IMG/VR virus record: IMGVR_UViG_2791355130_000003
Coordinates: 6,000 to 69,999 of that record
DNA: 64,000 bases
Strand: one strand, 5' to 3'
Origin: a virus
Lineage: Duplodnaviria > Caudoviricetes
A model generated the notes under the pieces. That model worked only from the letters and a program-made list of their open reading frames with translations. It made no database searches and was not told the DNA's origin. A program made the translations under genes and the position numbers. This document shows, in pieces, positions 45,992-55,928 of the stretch (positions are counted from its first letter, which is position 1; every line of letters begins with the position of its first letter).

Positions 45992-46423
45992 ATGTCGACC
46001 CTAACCGCCGCGAACGCGGTCATTACCCTTGCCGTGCCGAACCTCTTTCCGACCCCGGTTCAACTGCAGGGCTTCGCCACTGACAACATCTACGACATGG
46101 ACAGTGTCGACCAGGTGGAGACCGCCATGGGCGTCGACGGCATCCTGTCGGGCGGCTTCGTCTACAACCCGATCAACCAGACGTTCGTGTTGCAGGCCGA
46201 TTCCCCATCGATCGCCTTCTTCGAGACCTGGGCTGCGACGCAGGTGCAGGCCAAGGACGTCTACACGGCCAACGGCTCGACCACGCTCCCGTCGCTCGGC
46301 CGCTCCTACATCTCGACCAAGGGCTTCCTGGTGAGCCTGCCGCCGATGCCGGCGGCGGCCAAGATCCTGCAGCCGCGCCGTTTCGCGATCCGCTGGCAGA
46401 GCGTCCAAAGCGTCCCGAACTGA
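45992..46423 (+). CDS. Tail tube protein
   Basis: LTAANA, LQGFATD, MGVDG.LSGG, LQADSPS; follows the sheath. Confidence 0.85.
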   Translation: MSTLTAANAVITLAVPNLFPTPVQLQGFATDNIYDMDSVDQVETAMGVDGILSGGFVYNPINQTFVLQADSPSIAFFETWAATQVQAKDVYTANGSTTLPSLGRSYISTKGFLVSLPPMPAAAKILQPRRFAIRWQSVQSVPN

Positions 46424-46431
46424 GGTAATCC

Positions 46432-46941
46432 ATGCGTAAAGAGATCGACGTCACGATCGCCGATGACGGCCGTGACCAGGGCAAGACCTTTCACATCCGC
46501 GAGATGCCAGCGACGCGCGCGGAGAAATGGGCGATGCGCGCGCTGCTCGCCGTGGCGCGCTCCGGCGTCGAGCTCCCCGACGACTTCGCCGGCATGGGCA
46601 TGCAGGGCATCGCCATCGTGGGCATACGAGCGATCACCAAGATCGCGTTCGAGGATGCCGAGCCGCTGCTCGACGAGATGATGGAATGCGTCACCATCAA
46701 GCCCGATCCCCGCAACCCGGCCATCCAGCGCCCGCTGATCGAGGGTGACGTCGAGGAGATCGCGACGCTGATCCAGCTCCGGCAGGAGGTCATCAACCTT
46801 CACGTCGGTTTTTTTACCAAAGGCGACCAGTCGAAATCGATCTCGACACAGTCGCCGGCGTCCACCTCCTCGAATACGGCAATGTCTCCCGAGCCATCGG
46901 TCAGGTTCTCTCAAAGGGCAAAACCTCGCTCCGCGAGCTAG
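46432..46941 (+). CDS. Tail assembly chaperone (short, G-like product)
   Basis: GRDQGK.F.IREMPA..AEKWA.RA; slippery T-TTT-TTT at 46809-46815. Confidence 0.82.
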   Translation: MRKEIDVTIADDGRDQGKTFHIREMPATRAEKWAMRALLAVARSGVELPDDFAGMGMQGIAIVGIRAITKIAFEDAEPLLDEMMECVTIKPDPRNPAIQRPLIEGDVEEIATLIQLRQEVINLHVGFFTKGDQSKSISTQSPASTSSNTAMSPEPSVRFSQRAKPRSAS

Positions 46942-47051
46942 ACGAGTGGCTGTCGATCGAGGACGTCCACGACCTTCTCGAAGTGGCGATGGTCGACGCC
47001 CACAACCTGATGCTGCTGAGGAAAAGGGACGAGAATGCCAACGGTCATTGA
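46809..47051 (+). CDS. -1 frameshift extension of the tail chaperone (GT-like product)
   Basis: -1 frame open from the T7 run: YQRRPVEIDL...SLRELDEWLSIEDVHDLLEVAMVDAHN...stop 47049-47051; no own start. Confidence 0.75.
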   Translation, partial: FFYQRRPVEIDLDTVAGVHLLEYGNVSRAIGQVLSKGKTSLRELDEWLSIEDVHDLLEVAMVDAHNLMLLRKRDENANGH

Positions 47052-49155
47052 CAGCCTGATCGTCACGCTCGGCCTCGATCCCAAGGACTTCACCGATCAG
47101 CAGAAGAAGACGTCCGAGAGCTGGCTCAAGACCGTCAACGCTTTCCGGAAGGGCGGCAAGGACGTCGAGGAAAGTTCGAAGAAGGCCGCCGAGACCGTCA
47201 ACCTGATCACGCGGCGCGTGCTCGAACTCTTCGCCGTCATCACCGGCAGCCAGGCGCTCAGCGAGTTTGTGCGCAAGCTCACCAATGCAGACGCCTCGCT
47301 TGGCCGCTTCGCCTCGAGTCTCGGTGAATCGCCCCAGCGCATCGCGGCCTGGGAGAATGCAGCCGAACGCTTCGGCGGCTCGGCCGACGCCACCGCGTCG
47401 ACCCTGGAGCGCGTCAACAAGCAGCTCTACAACCTCAACAAGAACGGTGAGGCGCTGCCTCGCGAGTTCTCGCAGTTGCAGGCCTGGACCGGCATGCGGA
47501 TCGACCCCAACCATGGGCTCGATCGCTACCTTTCCGATGTCGCCGCGGCTTTGCAGAGGTTGCACCAGATCGACGCCGGCGCGGCTCACAATGTCGCGCA
47601 GGCGCTGGGAATCGACCCGGCGACCGAGCAGCTCATGTACAAGATGGGCTCAGGCATCGACGTCTATCTCGGGAAACTGGAGAAGAGCCTTTCGCCCAGC
47701 AATCAGGCGATCGAGGCGGCGCAAAAGCTCCAGGCTAGCTGGAACGAATTGCTCCAGCACATCATCGCGCTCGCCAACGCTATCTATGACAAGCTCGGCC
47801 CGGTCCTGGTCGACGCGGCCGACAGAATGACGACCTGGATCGAAAAGAACCAGGACTGGATCCGGACCGGCATTGTCGACGCGGTGAAGAAATTCATCGA
47901 CTGGCTCGAAAAGATCGACTGGAACGCCGTCGAGACCGGCATGCAAAATTTCGCGCGCGGCGCGAAAGAGGTGGTCGACGGGGTCGGCGGCATCGTCCAT
48001 GCCACCGAGATCCTGTTCGGCCTGTGGCTCGGCGCGAAGTTTCTGCGCGTTCTCGCCAATATGCGCATGCTCGCTGCGGGAGGTGCCGGCGGCGTCGCCG
48101 CTGGCGGTGCTCGTGCGGGCCTGGGCTTTCTCGGCACCATCTCAACGGGCGTTGGAATGCTTCTCGCCGGCGCGGCCGCCGTCAAATGGGGCGGCGCGCA
48201 TGTGCGCCACGACCTCGACAACCGCGACCATGGCACCATAGGCAATTGGGTCATGGCTCATCTGCGCAAGGCGCCGGGAAGCCATCCCGGCAAGGATGCC
48301 GACGACAAGATCGCCGTCGACGGCAAGCCGATCTCGAGGAGCAATCCCGTACCGGTCACGATGGCCGAGCAGAGCAACTCGGGCGGCGGGTTCTGGAGCA
48401 ATCTCCTCAGCGGAATCGGCGCCGCGTTCGGCGGCGGCGGCGGTGCCTCCTCTAAGCTCGGCGGGCTCGTCGGCGGCATTGTGGGCAGCACCGGTCCTAG
48501 CGGCCCGCAACGGGCCTCTGGTGGCACGCGAGGCTGGTGGACGCCCGAGCGGCAAGCGCAGGCTTACCAGACCCTCACGGGCGGCGGCCTGTCAGATGCA
48601 GGCGCCCGCGGCCTCATCTCGCGCTGGATGAATGTCGAGGCGTCCGGCGGTCCCTCGACCGTCAACAGCATCGGCGCGTCTGGCGTGGCGCAATGGCTGG
48701 GCTCGCGTAAGGCGCGCCTCATGGCCTTTGCGAAGGCGCGCGGCAAAGACTGGAACGATGCCGACACGCAGTATCAGTTCGTCCTGTCGGAGCTGAACGG
48801 CCCCGAGAGCCGGGCCGGCAGCATGTTGCGCAATGCCAAGACCGACGCGCAGGGCGCTACCGGTGCATCGATGTTCGAGCGCGCCGAGGGCTACAATGCC
48901 TGGAGCGGCATGGACGCCTATACCGGCCGGACCTACCGGGGCATGAAGGGGATCAACACCGGCGCCGCATCGGCGGCGCTGTCGAACATCTCGAGTACGC
49001 ACACGGCCACGACGTCGAACAGCTCGGTGGAGGCCCACATCGGCAAGGTCGAAGTTCACAGCCAGGCCACCGATGCCAACGGCGTTGCGGCCGACATCAA
49101 CGACGCGCTCAGCCGGCGTCTGTTCACCGCGCAGGCAAATAGTGGATTGGCGTGA
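47035..49155 (+). CDS. Tape measure protein with C-terminal tail lysozyme domain
   Basis: MPTVIDSLIVTLGLD; helical core; GLSDAGARG...E...GVAQWLGSR...Q.QFVLSEL. Confidence 0.88.
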   Translation: MPTVIDSLIVTLGLDPKDFTDQQKKTSESWLKTVNAFRKGGKDVEESSKKAAETVNLITRRVLELFAVITGSQALSEFVRKLTNADASLGRFASSLGESPQRIAAWENAAERFGGSADATASTLERVNKQLYNLNKNGEALPREFSQLQAWTGMRIDPNHGLDRYLSDVAAALQRLHQIDAGAAHNVAQALGIDPATEQLMYKMGSGIDVYLGKLEKSLSPSNQAIEAAQKLQASWNELLQHIIALANAIYDKLGPVLVDAADRMTTWIEKNQDWIRTGIVDAVKKFIDWLEKIDWNAVETGMQNFARGAKEVVDGVGGIVHATEILFGLWLGAKFLRVLANMRMLAAGGAGGVAAGGARAGLGFLGTISTGVGMLLAGAAAVKWGGAHVRHDLDNRDHGTIGNWVMAHLRKAPGSHPGKDADDKIAVDGKPISRSNPVPVTMAEQSNSGGGFWSNLLSGIGAAFGGGGGASSKLGGLVGGIVGSTGPSGPQRASGGTRGWWTPERQAQAYQTLTGGGLSDAGARGLISRWMNVEASGGPSTVNSIGASGVAQWLGSRKARLMAFAKARGKDWNDADTQYQFVLSELNGPESRAGSMLRNAKTDAQGATGASMFERAEGYNAWSGMDAYTGRTYRGMKGINTGAASAALSNISSTHTATTSNSSVEAHIGKVEVHSQATDANGVAADINDALSRRLFTAQANSGLA

Positions 49156-49730
49156 TGGCCGGCATTCTTGAACTTCTGACGCAGGACGCCTTCGGATTGC
49201 TGTCGAGCGCTTTCGGCCTGCAGCCATGGGGTATCTACTTCGGCGGAGTGCCGGTGATCATCGCCGACAACATCGTGGAGGTGCAGTATCGCCAGCAATG
49301 GTCGATCTCTGACTTCCCGGTCGAACAGGGGGCCTTCCAGAGCTACGACAAGGTCCAGATACCCTACGACGCTCGGCTGCGCTTCACCGCCGGCGGATCG
49401 GCCGCAAACCGCGCCGCGATGCTGGCGTCGATCGCGGCCGTCGCCGGCGACACCAACCTCTATGACGTGGTCACGCCGGAGGCTGTCTACCTCTCCTGCA
49501 ACATCACCCACTACGACTACAGCCGGCGCTCGAATGAGGGGATGGGGCTTCTCTCGGTTGATATCTGGCTGATCGAAGTGCGGCAGGCCGTCAGCGCCGC
49601 CATGTCGAACACCCAGGATCCGAGCGGCGCTTCTCAGGTCAACGGCGGCACTGTGCAGACCGCGCCGGCGAGCAGCGCGCAGCTCGAGCAATTCAAGACA
49701 TCGTCTGGCCTGCCAGCCGGGGGCTTCTGA
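49155..49730 (+). CDS. Baseplate / distal tail protein
   Basis: WGIY, ISDFPVEQGAFQSYDKV..P, LYDVVTPE..Y. Confidence 0.8.
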   Translation: MAGILELLTQDAFGLLSSAFGLQPWGIYFGGVPVIIADNIVEVQYRQQWSISDFPVEQGAFQSYDKVQIPYDARLRFTAGGSAANRAAMLASIAAVAGDTNLYDVVTPEAVYLSCNITHYDYSRRSNEGMGLLSVDIWLIEVRQAVSAAMSNTQDPSGASQVNGGTVQTAPASSAQLEQFKTSSGLPAGGF

Positions 49731-50044
49731 TGGTCATCATTCCTCTGCAGGCGGTGTCGAACCAGGCGGTCGGCGTGACGCTGGACGGGCAGGTCTCGCA
49801 GATCAGCCTCTATCAGAAGAACACGGGCCTGTTTATCGACCTCTATGTCGACAACGTGCTCGTGATCGGCGGCGTGATCTGCCAGAACCTCAACCGGATC
49901 GTCCGGTCGCTTTACCTTGGCTTCTCGGGCGATCTGCTCTTCATCGACAACCAGGGCGACACCGACCCGTACTATACCGGGCTCGGCACGCGCTACAGCC
50001 TCGCCTATGTGTCGGCGAGCGAGCTCCCGGCGGGCGTCGGCTGA
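49730..50044 (+). CDS. Baseplate component
   Basis: IPLQAV.NQ...LDGQ, YLGFSGDL.F.D.QG..DP.Y.GLG.RY. Confidence 0.8.
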   Translation: MVIIPLQAVSNQAVGVTLDGQVSQISLYQKNTGLFIDLYVDNVLVIGGVICQNLNRIVRSLYLGFSGDLLFIDNQGDTDPYYTGLGTRYSLAYVSASELPAGVG

Positions 50045-50305
50045 TCACTTGCAGCGCTTGAACCGGTCGCCGGCAAAGCAGGTGTGCAGTTCTTTCAGCT
50101 GCGCCGCTACCGCCTCGCGCTGATCGCACGCCTTGATGGTGTCGGGATCATCGCCCGAGCCGCCGCGGCACTGCTCATTCAGGTCGAGATAAGTCTTTTC
50201 GAGCGCGGCCTTGTTCGGCTTCGCCAGCGCCGGCGCGACGGTGAAAAGCAGAAGGGCGGCGCTCGCGGCGGCAAGGACTTTCGGCATGGGCGTGACTTTC
50301 TTCAT
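50045..50305 (-). CDS. Small secreted Cys-containing moron protein
   Basis: Signal peptide ending ALA; LNEQCRGGSGDDPDT..ACD.R; antisense within the tail operon. Confidence 0.7.
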   Translation of the reverse strand: MKKVTPMPKVLAAASAALLLFTVAPALAKPNKAALEKTYLDLNEQCRGGSGDDPDTIKACDQREAVAAQLKELHTCFAGDRFKRCK

Positions 50306-50322
50306 GTGAGGCGGTGATCGAG

Positions 50323-51186
50323 ATGGCGTTTAGCCAGAAGCGAATTTCCGTCGAGTTCGAGCTGGCAAACGGTCAGTTTGAAGGCGGCGGCAACACCGCG
50401 GAGGTATTCGGGCTGCGCGTCGCCTGCAACATCGTCAACGCCGGGCAAGGCTCGGGGCAAGCGGAAATTTCGATCTGGGGCCTGCCGCTGGCTCTGATGA
50501 ACCAGCTATCCACCGTCGGTTCACAGTATCTCCAGATGTACAAGAACGGCATTTCGGTGCTCGCTGGAGATGACGAGACCGGCCAGAACGTCGTGTGGAC
50601 CGGCACCATCGTTTACGCCTATGTCGACGCGCAGGCGATGCCAGACGTGTGCTTCCGGATCAGCTCGCTCCCGGGCGTCTTCCATGCCGCAAAGCCGATC
50701 CCACCGCTGAGCATCAAGGGCTCCGGCGACGCCTCGCAGATGATGAAATCTCTCGCGGGTCAGATGGGCCTGGCGTTCGAAGACGCCGGCGTCAAGGTCA
50801 AGTTCGCCAACCCCTACTATCCGGGCACGGCGTGGACGCAGATGCTGGCGATCGCGCGCGACGGCGGCTTCGACGTCGGCATCGATCGCGGCACGATGGT
50901 CATCACGCCGCCCGGCAAGGCGCGAAACAGTGACACGGTGCTGATTTCGAAAGACACCGGCATGGTCGGTTACCCGTTCTTCCAGCAGGCCTTCGTGCTG
51001 GTCCGCGCGCTCTACAATCCGGCGGTGAAGTATCAGGGCAAGGTGCAGATCCAGAGCGACCTGACGCCGGCCAACGGCACATGGAAGGTCAACCGCCTCG
51101 AGTATCAGTTGGAGGCAATGATGCCCCACGGAAAGTGGTTCATGCTCCTCGAATGCATCGCCGTTGATGCCTCGGCGCCGGCATGA
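50323..51186 (+). CDS. Baseplate hub protein
   Basis: I.IWGL...MNQL, AGD, GMVGYP, W.V....Y.LE. Confidence 0.82.
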   Translation: MAFSQKRISVEFELANGQFEGGGNTAEVFGLRVACNIVNAGQGSGQAEISIWGLPLALMNQLSTVGSQYLQMYKNGISVLAGDDETGQNVVWTGTIVYAYVDAQAMPDVCFRISSLPGVFHAAKPIPPLSIKGSGDASQMMKSLAGQMGLAFEDAGVKVKFANPYYPGTAWTQMLAIARDGGFDVGIDRGTMVITPPGKARNSDTVLISKDTGMVGYPFFQQAFVLVRALYNPAVKYQGKVQIQSDLTPANGTWKVNRLEYQLEAMMPHGKWFMLLECIAVDASAPA

Positions 51187-51845
51187 GCGGCCAAGGCTAT
51201 TTCGGTCAGCAGACCACATCTGACGACACCGCCGAGATCAACCGGCTGCGCTTCCTCATTCGCCAGGAGCTGGCGCAGGCGCGCACCGGCATCCCGGTCA
51301 AGGTCGTCGCGGTGCATGGTGGCGGCGTCGGCGCGCCGCCCACGGTGGATGTGATGCCGCTGATCAATCAGACGGACGGGCAAGGCAACCAGACGCCCCA
51401 CGGCCTCATCTACGGCATCGCCACGATGCGCAACCAGGGCGGCACCAACGGCATCATCAACGATCCGAAGGTCGGCGACATCGGCCACATGACGATCTCG
51501 GACCGCGACATCTCGGCGCTGAAAGCCAACGGCGGAGCGCAGTCAAACCCGGGCAGCTTCCGGCGCGGCAACATGTCGGACGGCATCTATCAGGGGGCCA
51601 TCGCCAATCCGGCCAACCAGGACCAGGCCGTCCAGTTCACCGAGGGCGGAATCAAGCTCTTCGACAAGAACGGGCAGATCATCGAGTTCGCGGCCGGCTC
51701 CATCACCATCACCACCGCGCAGCTGCGGGTGACGGGCGACGTCATCGCCGGCGCCGGTGGCGAGAACATCAGCGTGCTCAACCATCTTCACACCAACGTC
51801 CAGCCCGGCGGCGGCACGTCAGGCCCACCGGAGCCCGGAACATGA
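51183..51845 (+). CDS. Baseplate spike (Gp138-like)
   Basis: TVDVMPL, QGG..GII.DPKVGDIG...DRDIS, C-terminal HLH metal motif. Confidence 0.85.
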   Translation: MSGQGYFGQQTTSDDTAEINRLRFLIRQELAQARTGIPVKVVAVHGGGVGAPPTVDVMPLINQTDGQGNQTPHGLIYGIATMRNQGGTNGIINDPKVGDIGHMTISDRDISALKANGGAQSNPGSFRRGNMSDGIYQGAIANPANQDQAVQFTEGGIKLFDKNGQIIEFAAGSITITTAQLRVTGDVIAGAGGENISVLNHLHTNVQPGGGTSGPPEPGT

Positions 51846-52192
51846 AGACGCTCCTTCTCGACACCGACACCTGGGACTTAGTGGCGGACGCGTCGGGCAA
51901 CATCGCTGTCGCCGACGAGCCCTACGCGCTGGCGCAGGACGCGGCGAGCGCGATCAGGCTGTTCGCGGGCGAGCTCTACTACGACACCACGCAGGGCATT
52001 CCCTACTTCGACCAGATCCTGGGCAAGGCGCCGCCGGTCTCGCTCATGAAGGCGTACTTCAATCGTGCCGCCTTGACGGTGCCCGGCGTGGTCTCGGCGC
52101 AGACCTTCATCCAGTCCTGGACCGATCGGACTGTCACCGGCCAGGTGCAGGTGACGGACGCGGCCGGCAACACCACCGCAGCGAGCTTCTAG
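51842..52192 (+). CDS. Baseplate wedge / sheath initiator
   Basis: LLLD..TWDL..D..GNIA, LFAGELYYDT..GIPY. Confidence 0.82.
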   Translation: MKTLLLDTDTWDLVADASGNIAVADEPYALAQDAASAIRLFAGELYYDTTQGIPYFDQILGKAPPVSLMKAYFNRAALTVPGVVSAQTFIQSWTDRTVTGQVQVTDAAGNTTAASF

Positions 52193-52195
52193 CAC

Positions 52196-53632
52196 ATGGT
52201 CGACACCACCAACGTTCCCCCGCCGCAATGGACGGACACGGGGTTCCTGATCCCGTCGGCCGCGGAGGTGCTGGCGGGCGTGACCGAGGACATCAACGGC
52301 GCGTTCGGTGGCGTCCTCAATCCCGCGCTGAACACGCCGCAGGGGCAGCTCGCCAGCAGCGAGACGGCGGTAATCGACGAGGTCAACTCGACGTTCCTCT
52401 ATTTCACCAACCAGGTCGATCCCGCCTATGCGACCGGCCGGATGCAGGATGCGATCGCGCGCATCTACTTCATCGAGCGCAACCCGGCCCAGCCGACGGT
52501 CGTGCAGGCGCTCTGCAGTGGCTTGCCGGGCGTCGCCATCCCGACGGGCTCGTTGGCCCTTGCCGAAGATGGCAACCAGTATCTGTGCACTGAGGATGGC
52601 GTCATCGGCGGCGACGGCACTGTCACCTTGCCGTTCGAGTGCCTGGTGGTCGGGCCGATCCCATGCCCTGCCGGAAGCCTCGACCAGATTTTTCGAGCGA
52701 TCCCCGGATGGGATTCGATCACGAACCCGGATGACGGCGTGCTGGGCAACAATGTCGAGAGCCGGTCGGCTTTCGAGGCGCGCCGTGCTGCCTCCGTCGC
52801 GTTGAATTCGCAGGGCTCGCTTCCGTCGGTCCTGGGGGCCGTGCTGGCGGTGCCGAACGTCATCGACGCGTTCGTGACAGAGAACGCCAGCAATGACGTC
52901 CAGACCATTGGCGGCATCTCGATCTATCCGAACTCGCTCTATGTCGCGGTGGTCGGCGGCGACGCTGACGATGTCGCGCAAGCGATCTGGTCGCGCAAAG
53001 CGCCCGGCTGCGCATACAACGGCAATACGACGGTCACGGTCTACGACCAGAGCCCCGGCTATGTCCCGCCGTACCCTGCCTATCGGGTGAGCTTCGAGAT
53101 CCCCGATCCGTTGGCGATCCTGTTCGCGGTCAACATCGTCAACACGCATCTCGTCCCCGCCGATGCCGCGACGCAAATCCAGAATGCCATCGTCAGCGCC
53201 TTTGCTGGCGGCGATGGTGGGCCGCGCGCGAAGATCGGCACCACGCTATTTGCGAGCCGCTTCTACGCGCCCGTGGCTGCCCTTGGCTCGTGGGCGCAGA
53301 TCATCTCGATCGAGGTAGGCTCGAACAACAACCCCAGCGCCGTCTTCACGGGCCAGATCGCCGGAACGATACTGACGGTCTCCGCCGTTGCGTCGGGGGA
53401 GCTGGCGGTCGGGCAGATCATTTCCGACACCACCGGCGCGCTGACCGTCGGCACCACCATCACGGCGCTCGGCACCGGCACGGACGGCACCGGTACCTAT
53501 GTCGTCTCCAACAACAAGAATGTTTCGATCGAGACCATGACGGCCGCGATCCCCAATCGCTTCGACATCGGCGTCAACATCGACCAGGTGCCGACAATCT
53601 CCCCCAACGACATCTTCGTCACCCTGACCTGA
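52196..53632 (+). CDS. Baseplate J-like protein
   Basis: [29 protein letters not shown]; beta-repeat insert near the C-terminus. Confidence 0.9.
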   Translation: MVDTTNVPPPQWTDTGFLIPSAAEVLAGVTEDINGAFGGVLNPALNTPQGQLASSETAVIDEVNSTFLYFTNQVDPAYATGRMQDAIARIYFIERNPAQPTVVQALCSGLPGVAIPTGSLALAEDGNQYLCTEDGVIGGDGTVTLPFECLVVGPIPCPAGSLDQIFRAIPGWDSITNPDDGVLGNNVESRSAFEARRAASVALNSQGSLPSVLGAVLAVPNVIDAFVTENASNDVQTIGGISIYPNSLYVAVVGGDADDVAQAIWSRKAPGCAYNGNTTVTVYDQSPGYVPPYPAYRVSFEIPDPLAILFAVNIVNTHLVPADAATQIQNAIVSAFAGGDGGPRAKIGTTLFASRFYAPVAALGSWAQIISIEVGSNNNPSAVFTGQIAGTILTVSAVASGELAVGQIISDTTGALTVGTTITALGTGTDGTGTYVVSNNKNVSIETMTAAIPNRFDIGVNIDQVPTISPNDIFVTLT

Positions 53633-53634
53633 TC

Positions 53635-54384
53635 ATGGAAGACACAGGACCTCCCTATCCCAGGCCGCCTTCCGGGATACCGAACGGCTTTGGCCAATTC
53701 GCCATTGGCATCAGCCCCATCGGCGATTTCCCGCCTTTTGACGTTTGGCGCACTGTCATCAGCCAGTATGCGAATGCGCCCACGCTGACGCAGCTGATCG
53801 GGAACCTGTTCTCGTATCTCGACCAGACGGCCAACTTCGATGCGTTCTTCGACTACATCTGGAACGTCGACACGGCGCAGGGCTATGGGCTCGACGTCTG
53901 GGGGCGCATCGTCGGCGTCAGCCGGGTTTTGCAGGTCACGACCGGGGACTGGTTCGGCTTCGATGAGGCGAGGCCAGGAGCCGATCCGTTCGGCCAAGGC
54001 GCGTTCTATTCCGGCGCTCCGCTGACCTCGAATTTCGCGCTGTCGGACGAGGCATACCGCCGGCTCATTTTCGCCAAGGCGGCAGCCAACATCACTAACG
54101 GCTCGATCCCCGCGATCAACCAGATCCTGCTCAGCCTCTTCCCCAATAGAGGCAACGCCTACGTTACCGAGGGCGGCAATTACGGGACATGGTTCGGGTT
54201 CGAGGAGTCGCTGAACTCCGTCGGCTTCAACCAGGCATCGTTCTACGCGGGCTCGTCGATCGAGACGATGACGATGACCTACACCTTCGCGTTCCAGCTG
54301 ACCCCTGTCGAACTCGCGATCGTCCAGAACTCCGGCGTCTTGCCGAAGCCAACCGGCGTCAAGGCGTCGGTCGTCATCATCTAA
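53635..54384 (+). CDS. Baseplate protein (DUF2612)
   Basis: ISQYANAP, WNVDTAQGYGLDVWGRIVG, LSDEAYRRLI.AKA, LPKPTGV. Confidence 0.88.
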   Translation: MEDTGPPYPRPPSGIPNGFGQFAIGISPIGDFPPFDVWRTVISQYANAPTLTQLIGNLFSYLDQTANFDAFFDYIWNVDTAQGYGLDVWGRIVGVSRVLQVTTGDWFGFDEARPGADPFGQGAFYSGAPLTSNFALSDEAYRRLIFAKAAANITNGSIPAINQILLSLFPNRGNAYVTEGGNYGTWFGFEESLNSVGFNQASFYAGSSIETMTMTYTFAFQLTPVELAIVQNSGVLPKPTGVKASVVII

Positions 54385-54394
54385 GGATCCCTCC

Positions 54395-55870
54395 ATGAAG
54401 CTTTCCGCCTTGCCTGCCAAGTTCCCCGTCGCTTGGGGAGCTTCGGCGAGCCCGAGCTACATCCGCTCCATCCCGCTCGGCTCGCAGATCGGGATTGTGA
54501 ATGGCGCGGCCTCCCTGACCGACGGCTTTCCGCCACTCAACTTCCTGCCGGTCGGGTCGGGCGGCGTGCCGCCGTTCGGCCAGGACATGAACGGCATTCT
54601 GCAGCAGATCACGCAATGGTCGCAGTGGCAGAATGCAGGCGGTCTGGTCCCCTACGATCCGGCCTTCTCGGCAGCGATCGGCGGGTATCCCAAGAGCGCG
54701 TTGCTGGCCGGCGCGGCGACCGGCGTCGTTTGGCTGAGCACGGCCGACGACAATACGTCCGACCCTGATACGAGCGGCGCGAATTGGGTCAACATCGGAG
54801 CCGCATCCGCGCCCATCATGGTCGGTACCGATGCGGGCTCGGCCAATGTCTGCACCGCCACGGTCCTGCCGGCGCCGGGCGCTTATGTCGACGGCCAGAT
54901 CTTCGTCGTCCAGAAGGCCGCGTTCGACAACAACGGCGCCATGACGGGCAACATTGACGGGCTCGGTACACATCCTATCGTCAACATGGACGGGACCGCG
55001 CTGACGGCAAAGCAATGGCCAGCGAGCGCCACGGGCATCCTCGAGTTCAACAACGCGACGACGTCGTTCCGTCTGCTCAACCCGGCTGTGACAGTAGCCG
55101 CCAACGCGGGCCTTGCCGCGACCGATCAGCAGGTCCTTTCGCTGAGCATCACGAGTTTGCCGGCACCCACCGGCGCACTTTCCTTGAACGACAGCCTTCC
55201 GCTGCACGTGGTGGCGGACGGTGCGGACCGCGAGGTCACCCTTTCGGCGCTCGCCGCTATTCTCCCCGGCGCGATGAAGGCCATGCGCGTCATGACGGCG
55301 AGCGGAACCTACGTGCCGACGGTCGGTGCCAAGAGCATGCTCGTCTTTGCCACGGGCGCAGGCGGTGCTGGTGGCGGTAATGCCACGGCGAACGGCTTCA
55401 CTGGCGGCGGCGGAAGCGCGGGCGGAACGGCGGTCTATTTCGGCGCGGTATCGCAGCAGACCGTCACCATCGGGGCCGGCGGCGTCCCCAATCCATCGTC
55501 TGGTTCCGATCTCATCGGCGGTTCCGGCGGGACAACCTCTTTCGGCGCTCTTGCCGTCGCTACCGGCGGCATTGGCGGTTCTTCCAGCGGCACCAATTCA
55601 TTTGGCGCGGGCGGCCAAGGGGTGGGGACCGGAACCGCCGGGACCCTCTTGATCCACGGCGGCGGCGGATCGCCCGGTTCCGGCCATGAAGGCGGTTGCG
55701 GTGGCACCTCGTTTTGGGGTGGCGGCGGCTACGGCGGCGCAACTCCTTCGACCGGGGTCCAGGTACCCGGCGGTCCGGGCTCTCTCGGCGGCGGCGGTGG
55801 TGGTGGCGACGGCGGCGGGCCCGGCGGGGCCGGCGGCAACGGTGTGGTCGTCATCTTCGAATTCGACTGA
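54395..55870 (+). CDS. Tail fibre protein with Gly-rich C-terminal domain
   Basis: GAASLTDGFPPL..P...GGVPP.GQDMNGIL, IGGYPK.A N-terminal anchor. Confidence 0.85.
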   Translation: MKLSALPAKFPVAWGASASPSYIRSIPLGSQIGIVNGAASLTDGFPPLNFLPVGSGGVPPFGQDMNGILQQITQWSQWQNAGGLVPYDPAFSAAIGGYPKSALLAGAATGVVWLSTADDNTSDPDTSGANWVNIGAASAPIMVGTDAGSANVCTATVLPAPGAYVDGQIFVVQKAAFDNNGAMTGNIDGLGTHPIVNMDGTALTAKQWPASATGILEFNNATTSFRLLNPAVTVAANAGLAATDQQVLSLSITSLPAPTGALSLNDSLPLHVVADGADREVTLSALAAILPGAMKAMRVMTASGTYVPTVGAKSMLVFATGAGGAGGGNATANGFTGGGGSAGGTAVYFGAVSQQTVTIGAGGVPNPSSGSDLIGGSGGTTSFGALAVATGGIGGSSSGTNSFGAGGQGVGTGTAGTLLIHGGGGSPGSGHEGGCGGTSFWGGGGYGGATPSTGVQVPGGPGSLGGGGGGGDGGGPGGAGGNGVVVIFEFD

Positions 55871-55928
55871 TCGTAGCATCGTCGCGCTCGCGTAAGCCAA
55901 CCACTCACACACATTCGGATTGGGACAA

